Source of the DNA: Escherichia coli
GTDB taxonomy: Bacteria; Pseudomonadota; Gammaproteobacteria; Enterobacterales; Enterobacteriaceae
Length of the DNA: 64,000 bases
Strand: one strand, 5' to 3'
Assembly (NCBI RefSeq): GCF_003334315.1
Contig: NZ_QOWR01000005.1
This document shows, in pieces, positions 56,236 through 64,000 of the stretch (within the stretch, counting starts at the first letter, position 1; the number at the start of each line of letters is the position of its first letter). Below the pieces are notes generated by a model, which searched no databases, was not told the DNA's origin, and was given only the letters and a program-made list of their open reading frames with translations. A program made the translations under genes and the position numbers.

Positions 56236-57597
56236 ATGAAACTAAAGACCACATTGTTCGGCAATGTATATCAGTTTAAGGATGTAAAAGAGGTGCTGGC
56301 TAAAGCCAACGAACTGCGTTCGGGGGATGTGCTGGCGGGCGTTGCAGCGGCAAGCTCACAGGAGCGCGTGGCGGCAAAGCAGGTGTTGTCGGAAATGACC
56401 GTAGCGGACATCCGCAATAATCCGGTGATTGCCTATGAAGATGACTGCGTGACGCGGCTGATTCAGGACGACGTTAACGAAACGGCCTACAACCAGATTA
56501 AAAACTGGAGCATCAGCGAACTGCGTGAGTATGTGCTGAGCGATGAAACCAGCGTGGACGACATTGCCTTTACCCGCAAAGGGCTGACCTCGGAAGTGGT
56601 CGCGGCGGTAGCGAAGATTTGCTCCAACGCGGACCTGATCTACGGCGCGAAGAAAATGCCGGTAATCAAAAAGGCCAATACCACCATCGGTATTCCGGGC
56701 ACCTTTAGCGCCCGTTTGCAGCCGAACGATACCCGTGACGACGTGCAAAGTATCGCTGCGCAAATCTATGAAGGGCTTTCCTTTGGGGTGGGCGATGCGG
56801 TGATCGGCGTTAACCCGGTAACTGACGACGTGGAAAACTTAAGCCGCGTGCTGGATACCATTTATGGCGTGATCGACAAATTCAACATCCCAACTCAGGG
56901 CTGCGTACTGGCGCACGTCACCACCCAGATCGAAGCGATTCGTCGCGGCGCGCCTGGCGGACTGATTTTCCAGAGTATCTGTGGCAGCGAAAAAGGGCTG
57001 AAAGAGTTTGGCGTGGAACTGGCGATGCTCGACGAAGCGCGCGCAGTGGGCGCAGAGTTCAATCGTATCGCCGGGGAAAACTGCCTCTACTTCGAAACCG
57101 GACAAGGCTCTGCGCTATCCGCTGGCGCTAACTTCGGCGCTGACCAGGTGACGATGGAAGCACGTAACTATGGGCTGGCGCGTCATTACGATCCGTTTAT
57201 CGTCAACACCGTGGTCGGCTTTATTGGGCCGGAGTATCTCTACAACGACCGCCAGATTATCCGTGCTGGCTTAGAAGATCACTTTATGGGCAAGCTGAGC
57301 GGCATCTCTATGGGCTGTGACTGCTGCTACACCAACCACGCTGACGCTGACCAGAACCTCAACGAAAACCTGATGATCCTGCTCGCCACCGCAGGCTGCA
57401 ACTACATCATGGGGATGCCGCTGGGTGATGACATCATGCTCAACTACCAGACCACCGCATTCCACGATACCGCCACTGTGCGTCAGTTACTCAACCTGCG
57501 TCCGTCACCGGAGTTTGAACGCTGGCTGGAAAGCATGGGCATTATGGCAAACGGTCGCCTGACCAAACGGGCGGGCGATCCGTCACTGTTCTTCTGA
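56236..57597 (+). CDS. eutB: ethanolamine ammonia-lyase large subunit
   Basis: 453-codon ORF MKLKTTLFGNVYQFKDVKEVLAKANELRSGDVLAGVAAASSQERVAAKQ...; starts 12 nt after eutA stop. Confidence 0.96.
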   Translation: MKLKTTLFGNVYQFKDVKEVLAKANELRSGDVLAGVAAASSQERVAAKQVLSEMTVADIRNNPVIAYEDDCVTRLIQDDVNETAYNQIKNWSISELREYVLSDETSVDDIAFTRKGLTSEVVAAVAKICSNADLIYGAKKMPVIKKANTTIGIPGTFSARLQPNDTRDDVQSIAAQIYEGLSFGVGDAVIGVNPVTDDVENLSRVLDTIYGVIDKFNIPTQGCVLAHVTTQIEAIRRGAPGGLIFQSICGSEKGLKEFGVELAMLDEARAVGAEFNRIAGENCLYFETGQGSALSAGANFGADQVTMEARNYGLARHYDPFIVNTVVGFIGPEYLYNDRQIIRAGLEDHFMGKLSGISMGCDCCYTNHADADQNLNENLMILLATAGCNYIMGMPLGDDIMLNYQTTAFHDTATVRQLLNLRPSPEFERWLESMGIMANGRLTKRAGDPSLFF

Positions 57598-57617
57598 TGA
57601 CGCGGAGATAACACATC

Positions 57618-58505
57618 ATGGATCAAAAACAGATTGAAGAAATTGTACGCAGCGTGATGGCGTCAATGGGACAAACGGCCCCCGCGCCGTCAGAAGCAAA
57701 GTGCGCCACCACCAACTGTGCGGCACCGGTGACCTCGGAAAGCTGTGCGCTGGATTTAGGTTCCGCTGAAGCAAAAGCGTGGATTGGTGTTGAAAACCCG
57801 CATCGCGCAGACGTATTAACAGAACTGCGCCGCAGCACCGTGGCCCGCGTTTGTACCGGTCGTGCCGGTCCGCGTCCACGTACCCAGGCGCTGCTGCGTT
57901 TCCTGGCCGATCACTCTCGTTCGAAAGATACCGTACTGAAAGAAGTGCCGGAAGAGTGGGTGAAAGCGCAGGGCTTGCTGGAAGTACGCTCTGAAATTAG
58001 CGACAAAAATCTCTACCTGACTCGCCCGGATATGGGCCGCCGCCTGTGTGCAGAAGCTGTTGAAGCGCTGAAAGCACAGTGTGTTGCTAATCCGGACGTA
58101 CAGGTCGTTATTTCTGATGGCCTGTCAACTGATGCCATCACCGTCAACTACGAAGAGATCCTGCCGCCGCTGATGGCGGGCCTGAAACAGGCCGGGCTGA
58201 AAGTCGGCACGCCATTCTTTGTTCGTTATGGTCGCGTGAAGATTGAAGATCAGATCGGTGAGATCCTCGGCGCGAAAGTGGTGATCCTGCTGGTGGGGGA
58301 ACGTCCGGGGTTAGGGCAGTCAGAAAGCCTCTCCTGCTACGCCGTTTACTCGCCGCGTATGGCGACCACCGTTGAGGCCGATCGCACCTGTATCTCTAAC
58401 ATTCACCAGGGCGGCACGCCGCCGGTTGAAGCCGCAGCCGTCATTGTGGATTTGGCGAAACGTATGCTGGAGCAGAAAGCATCCGGCATCAACATGACCC
58501 GATAA
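57618..58505 (+). CDS. eutC: ethanolamine ammonia-lyase small subunit
   Basis: 295-codon [52 protein letters not shown]... Confidence 0.96.
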   Translation: MDQKQIEEIVRSVMASMGQTAPAPSEAKCATTNCAAPVTSESCALDLGSAEAKAWIGVENPHRADVLTELRRSTVARVCTGRAGPRPRTQALLRFLADHSRSKDTVLKEVPEEWVKAQGLLEVRSEISDKNLYLTRPDMGRRLCAEAVEALKAQCVANPDVQVVISDGLSTDAITVNYEEILPPLMAGLKQAGLKVGTPFFVRYGRVKIEDQIGEILGAKVVILLVGERPGLGQSESLSCYAVYSPRMATTVEADRTCISNIHQGGTPPVEAAAVIVDLAKRMLEQKASGINMTR

Positions 58506-58514
58506 GGAGGCATC

Positions 58515-59174
58515 ATGCCAGCTTTAGATTTGATTCGACCGTCGGTAACCGCCATGCGGGTGATTGCCTCCGTTAACGCTGAATTTGCGCGTGAACTAAA
58601 ATTGCCGCCGCATATTCGTAGCCTCGGGCTGATTTCTGCCGATTCTGACGACGTCACCTACATTGCGGCTGACGAAGCGACCAAACAAGCGATGGTCGAA
58701 GTGGTATATGGTCGCTCGCTGTATGCGGGAGCGGCACACGGCCCGTCACCGACTGCCGGTGAAGTGCTGATTATGCTTGGTGGGCCAAACCCGGCGGAAG
58801 TGCGTGCAGGTCTGGATGCGATGATTGCGCATATTGAAAATGGCGCAGCTTTCCAGTGGGCTAATGACGCGCAAGATACGGCATTCCTGGCACATGTAGT
58901 TTCGCGTACCGGTTCTTATCTCTCATCAACCGCCGGGATCACGCTTGGCGATCCGATGGCGTATCTGGTGGCACCGCCGCTGGAAGCGACCTACGGCATT
59001 GATGCAGCGTTGAAATCTGCCGACGTACAGCTGGTGACCTATGTCCCGCCACCGTCTGAAACCAACTACTCGGCAGCATTTTTAACCGGTAGCCAGGCCG
59101 CGTGTAAAGCAGCCTGTAACGCCTTTACCGATGCAGTGCTGGAAATCGCGCGTAATCCAATCCAGCGTGCGTAA
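58515..59174 (+). CDS. eutL: BMC shell protein EutL (tandem BMC domains)
   Basis: 219-codon [49 protein letters not shown]... Confidence 0.95.
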   Translation: MPALDLIRPSVTAMRVIASVNAEFARELKLPPHIRSLGLISADSDDVTYIAADEATKQAMVEVVYGRSLYAGAAHGPSPTAGEVLIMLGGPNPAEVRAGLDAMIAHIENGAAFQWANDAQDTAFLAHVVSRTGSYLSSTAGITLGDPMAYLVAPPLEATYGIDAALKSADVQLVTYVPPPSETNYSAAFLTGSQAACKAACNAFTDAVLEIARNPIQRA

Positions 59175-59186
59175 CGGAGGTTGCCG

Positions 59187-59687
59187 ATGATCAATGCACT
59201 GGGATTGCTGGAAGTGGACGGCATGGTCGCCGCGATAGATGCAGCGGATGCCATGCTCAAAGCAGCTAACGTTCGTCTGCTCAGTCACGAAGTGCTTGAC
59301 CCTGGTCGCTTAACGCTGGTGGTGGAAGGCGATCTGGCGGCGTGTCGTGCGGCGCTGGACGCAGGTTGTGCTGCCGCGATGCGTACCGGGCGTGTCATCA
59401 GCCGCAAGGAGATCGGTCGGCCAGACGATGACACCCAGTGGCTGGTTACTGGCTTTAACCGCCAGCCGAAGCAACCCGTAAGGGAACCCGACGCGCCAGT
59501 TATCGTCGCGGAATCTGCTGACGAGTTGTTGGCGCTGTTAACATCAGTACGTCAGGGAATGACGGCAGGAGAAGTGGCTGCCCACTTTGGCTGGCCGCTG
59601 GAAAAAGCCAGAAATGCGCTCGAACAGCTCTTTTCTGCCGGGACGTTACGTAAACGCAGTAGTCGTTATCGTCTCAAGCCCCATTAA
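59187..59687 (+). CDS. eutK: BMC shell protein EutK
   Basis: 166 codons from ATG 59187 (SD ggagg 59176-59180): MINALGLLEVDGMVAAIDAADAMLKAANVRLLSHEVLDPGRLTLVVEGD... Confidence 0.93.
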   Translation: MINALGLLEVDGMVAAIDAADAMLKAANVRLLSHEVLDPGRLTLVVEGDLAACRAALDAGCAAAMRTGRVISRKEIGRPDDDTQWLVTGFNRQPKQPVREPDAPVIVAESADELLALLTSVRQGMTAGEVAAHFGWPLEKARNALEQLFSAGTLRKRSSRYRLKPH

Positions 59688-59732
59688 CCTGTCGGAGGTG
59701 CCGGGTGTCCTACAACACCCGGCATTAACATC

Positions 59733-60785
59733 ATGAAAAAGACCCGTACAGCCAATTTGCACCATCTTTATCATGAACCCTTACCCGAAAACCTGAAGCT
59801 CACGCCGAAGGTCGAAGTGGATAATGTTCATCAACGACAGACAACGGATGTCTATGAACATGCTTTAACGATTACCGCCTGGCAGCAGATTTACGATCAG
59901 CTGCATCCGGGCAAGTTTCATGGTGAATTTACGGAAATTCTACTCGATGATATTCAGGTTTTTCGTGAATACACCGGTCTGGCGCTGCGTCAGTCGTGCC
60001 TGGTCTGGCCGAACTCGTTCTGGTTTGGCATTCCGGCGACGCGCGGTGAGCAGGGATTTATCGGTTCGCAATGTCTGGGAAGCGCGGAAATCGCCACCCG
60101 CCCTGGTGGCACTGAATTTGAACTGAGCACGCCGGATGATTACACGATCCTGGGCGTGGTGCTTTCTGAAGATGTCATCACCCGGCAGGCTAACTTTTTG
60201 CATAACCCGGATCGGGTATTACATATGTTGCGTAACCAGTCGGCGCTGGAAGTGAAAGAGCAGCATAAAGCCGCGCTGTGGGGCTTTGTCCAACAGGCGC
60301 TGGCGACGTTTTGCGAGAATCCGGAAAATCTCCATCAGCCTGCAGTGCGAAAAGTGCTGGGGGATAATTTGCTAATGGCGATGGGGGCCATGCTGGAAGA
60401 AGCGCAACCAATGGTGACGGCGGAAAGCATCAGTCATCAGAGTTACCGTCGATTGCTTTCCCGCGCCCGTGAATATGTGCTGGAAAACATGTCCGAACCG
60501 GTGACGGTGCTGGATTTGTGTAATCAACTGCATGTCAGCCGCCGCACGCTACAAAACGCGTTTCACGCTATTTTAGGCATTGGCCCGAACGCGTGGCTGA
60601 AACGCATTCGCCTGAACGCCGTACGCCGCGAACTGATAAGTCCGTGGTCGCAAAGTATGACGGTAAAAGACGCCGCCATGCAGTGGGGATTCTGGCATCT
60701 GGGGCAATTTGCCACGGATTACCAGCAGCTGTTTGCCGAGAAGCCGTCGTTGACGTTGCATCAGCGGATGCGGGAATGGGGGTGA
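59733..60785 (+). CDS. eutR: AraC-family transcriptional activator of the eut operon
   Basis: 350-codon [55 protein letters not shown]...; C-terminal AraC HTH. Confidence 0.95.
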   Translation: MKKTRTANLHHLYHEPLPENLKLTPKVEVDNVHQRQTTDVYEHALTITAWQQIYDQLHPGKFHGEFTEILLDDIQVFREYTGLALRQSCLVWPNSFWFGIPATRGEQGFIGSQCLGSAEIATRPGGTEFELSTPDDYTILGVVLSEDVITRQANFLHNPDRVLHMLRNQSALEVKEQHKAALWGFVQQALATFCENPENLHQPAVRKVLGDNLLMAMGAMLEEAQPMVTAESISHQSYRRLLSRAREYVLENMSEPVTVLDLCNQLHVSRRTLQNAFHAILGIGPNAWLKRIRLNAVRRELISPWSQSMTVKDAAMQWGFWHLGQFATDYQQLFAEKPSLTLHQRMREWG

Positions 60786-60790
60786 GGGAG

Positions 60791-61693
<903 letters not shown>

Positions 61694-62563
61694 TTATCGC
61701 TTTTTCGAATGTGCTTTCTGGTTGTCGAACCAGTGGAAATAACTGATCACGCCTTCAGCAATCGCTGTGGCGATTTTCTGACGAAACGCCGCCGTGCCTA
61801 ACAGCCGCTCTTCTTCCGGGTTGGTGATAAACGAGGTTTCCACCAGCACCGAAGGAACCGACGGCGATTTCAACACCACAAACGCGGCTTGTTCGGTGTT
61901 GCGGCTGTGCAGTTTATGCACCGGCTTAATCTTTTTCAGAATATGCGAGCCGAGCGTCAGGCTGTTTTTAATAGTATCGGTTTGCACCAGATCAAATAGC
62001 ACTTGCTGCAATAGGTGATCCTTGTCAGTCGCCTTTTTACCGGCAACTTCATCGGCGCGGTTTTCGCGTTCAGACAGGTATTTCGCCATTGCGCTACTTG
62101 CCCCACGGTTAGAGAGGGCAAATACCGAAGCACCGGCAGCTTTCGGGTTGGTAAAGCCATCGGCATGAATTGACATAAACAGATCTGCGCCATGTTTATG
62201 GGCGATTTCAACGCGATCGTAAAGTGGGATAAACGTATCGCCAGAACGCGTTAAACGCGCATCAATCCCATGATTACGCAAAATGGAACGGACGTTTTTA
62301 GCAATCGCCAGCACCACATGTTTTTCTTTCGAACCGTTGCGTCCGATCGCTCCGGTATCAATTCCGCCGTGGCCTGGATCGAGAACAACGACACGTTTGC
62401 CGCCAGATTTTTTGGCTTTCGGCTTGCTGTGTCCGTTGCTGGTTTTTAAAGGTTCGTCTTTGGCGATGGCTTGCGACATTCCTGACAACGTCAGGGCAGC
62501 CAAACCGGCTTTCAGCACCTGGCGGCGCGAAGTGAGTGTTTTTAGTGGTTTAAAAGTGCTCAT
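61694..62563 (-). CDS. amiA: N-acetylmuramoyl-L-alanine amidase A (Tat-exported)
   Basis: 289-codon ORF MSTFKPLKTLTSRRQVLKAGLAALTLSGMSQAIA... with twin-arginine signal SRRQVLK. Confidence 0.96.
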   Translation of the reverse strand: MSTFKPLKTLTSRRQVLKAGLAALTLSGMSQAIAKDEPLKTSNGHSKPKAKKSGGKRVVVLDPGHGGIDTGAIGRNGSKEKHVVLAIAKNVRSILRNHGIDARLTRSGDTFIPLYDRVEIAHKHGADLFMSIHADGFTNPKAAGASVFALSNRGASSAMAKYLSERENRADEVAGKKATDKDHLLQQVLFDLVQTDTIKNSLTLGSHILKKIKPVHKLHSRNTEQAAFVVLKSPSVPSVLVETSFITNPEEERLLGTAAFRQKIATAIAEGVISYFHWFDNQKAHSKKR

Positions 62564-62776
62564 ACGGCCTGAGTTGTAATAATAAAGTTCCAGATGTTAT
62601 ATCGTATCGCGTAATCCGTTACGACGGTTTGATGTTGAGAATTGTTTTACTTTTCATTTCAATAGTTGACAACTCCCCATTATGCCACTTTTTCAACCGA
62701 TTTTCGTCAGATATTGGCTAATTCGACCGTTCACGCCATAATCAGCCTTTTAACCCGCAAAAAGGTAACGAATACC

Positions 62777-63202
62777 ATGGAGATACGCGTATTTCGCCAG
62801 GAAGATTTCGAAGAGGTCATCACCCTTTGGGAGCGTTGCGACTTGCTGCGTCCGTGGAACGATCCGGAAATGGACATCGAGCGTAAGATGAACCATGACG
62901 TCAGTTTGTTTCTGGTCGCTGAGGTAAACGGTGAAGTGGTCGGAACGGTGATGGGCGGTTATGACGGGCATCGCGGGTCTGCTTATTATCTTGGCGTGCA
63001 TCCAGAGTTTCGTGGGCGTGGGATTGCCAATGCGTTGCTTAATCGGCTGGAGAAAAAGCTGATTGCTCGTGGCTGCCCGAAAATTCAGATCAATGTGCCG
63101 GAAGATAACGACATGGTGCTCGGAATGTATGAACGCCTGGGATATGAACACGCCGACGTGCTGAGTCTGGGTAAGCGTTTGATTGAAGATGAAGAGTACT
63201 GA
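62777..63202 (+). CDS. ypeA: GNAT-family N-acetyltransferase
   Basis: 141 codons from ATG 62777: [41 protein letters not shown]...; track ORF 62666 trimmed. Confidence 0.92.
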
Positions 63203-63638
63203 GTTCCATCCTGTCCATTATGATGCGCACGGACGCCTGCGTTTACCCTTGCTCTTCTGGCTTGTGCTATTGCTTCAGGCGCGAACCTGGGTGCTGTTTG
63301 TCATTGCCGGTGCGTCGCGTGAGCAGGGTACTGCGCTGCTAAATCTGTTTTATCCCGATCACGATAATTTCTGGCTGGGGCTGATTCCTGGCATTCCGGC
63401 GGTGCTGGCGTTTTTGTTGAGCGGTCGGCGGGCTACGTTTCCTCGCACCTGGCGTGTACTCTATTTTCTGTTGCTGTTGGCGCAGGTGGTTTTACTTTGC
63501 TGGCAACCGTGGCTGTGGCTGAACGGTGAATCCGTTAGCGGTATCGGTCTGGCGCTGGTAGTGGCGGATATTGTGGCGTTAATCTGGCTGCTGACCAATC
63601 GACGTTTACGCGCTTGTTTTAATGAAGTAAAAGAATAA
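63189..63638 (+). CDS. yfeZ: inner-membrane protein, function unknown
   Basis: 149 codons from ATG 63189: [41 protein letters not shown]...; overlaps ypeA end by 14 nt. Confidence 0.9.
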
Positions 63639-63698
63639 CGGCACTTTTTGGTGAATTTGCACTCCAAGCAACGTTATTGAATAACCAAAGGAAGTGAC

Positions 63699-64000
63699 AT
63701 GAAATCGCTGCGTTTAATGTTATGCGCTATGCCATTGATGCTGACCGGCTGTTCCACGATGTCGTCAGTTAACTGGTCTGCCGCTAACCCGTGGAACTGG
63801 TTTGGGTCGTCCACCAAAGTGAGCGAGCAGGGCGTTGGTGAATTAACGGCGTCCACACCACTGCAAGAACAAGCCATTGCCGATGCGCTTGATGGCGATT
63901 ATCGCCTGCGCAGCGGAATGAAAACCGCGAACGGAAACGTGGTGCGCTTTTTTGAAGTGATGAAGGGCGACAACGTGGCGATGGTGATTAACGGCGATCA
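63699..64000 (+). CDS. yfeY: outer-membrane lipoprotein YfeY, N-terminal part only (runs off window end)
   Basis: ATG 63699 with SD aaggaag; MKSLRLMLCAMPLMLTGCSTMSSVNWSAANPWNWFGSSTKVSEQGVGELT...; lipobox LTGC. Confidence 0.88.
   Translation, partial: MKSLRLMLCAMPLMLTGCSTMSSVNWSAANPWNWFGSSTKVSEQGVGELTASTPLQEQAIADALDGDYRLRSGMKTANGNVVRFFEVMKGDNVAMVINGD

Overview
The window is a contiguous stretch of Escherichia coli-type core chromosome, corresponding to the K-12 purM-to-yfeY region read in reverse orientation. Gene order: purM (5' part, minus) | upp-uraA | hda | yfgD | bepA | perM | focB | hyfRJIHGFEDCBA (hydrogenase-4, minus) | bcp | gcvR | dapA-bamC | purC | ypfJ | tmcA | ypfH | ypfN-dapE-yffB (minus) | ypfM | acrD | narQ | aegA | nudK | ypfG | tktB-talA (minus) | maeB | eutSPQTDMNEJGHABCLKR (ethanolamine microcompartment operon) | hemF-amiA (minus) | ypeA-yfeZ | yfeY (5' part). 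All calls rest on recognising the translated ORFs from memory of E. coli proteins and on motifs read directly from the sequence; no database search was run. I found no rRNA, tRNA, IS element, prophage, integrase or CRISPR array; the only repeats are REP/BIME-type extragenic palindromes and one 14-bp tandem repeat. I do not see a novel or undescribed system here: every sizeable ORF is accounted for by a known E. coli gene. The most notable observations are strain-specific: (1) hyfC and hyfD are each broken by a 1-nt shortfall in a G/C homopolymer run, while every other gene has its expected length; (2) the eut operon is uninterrupted, with eutA and eutB adjacent, whereas I recall K-12 carrying the CPZ-55 prophage at that junction, so this is not K-12 MG1655. 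Where the ORF track gave a longer upstream start, I trimmed to the start matching the known protein N-terminus and its ribosome-binding site.
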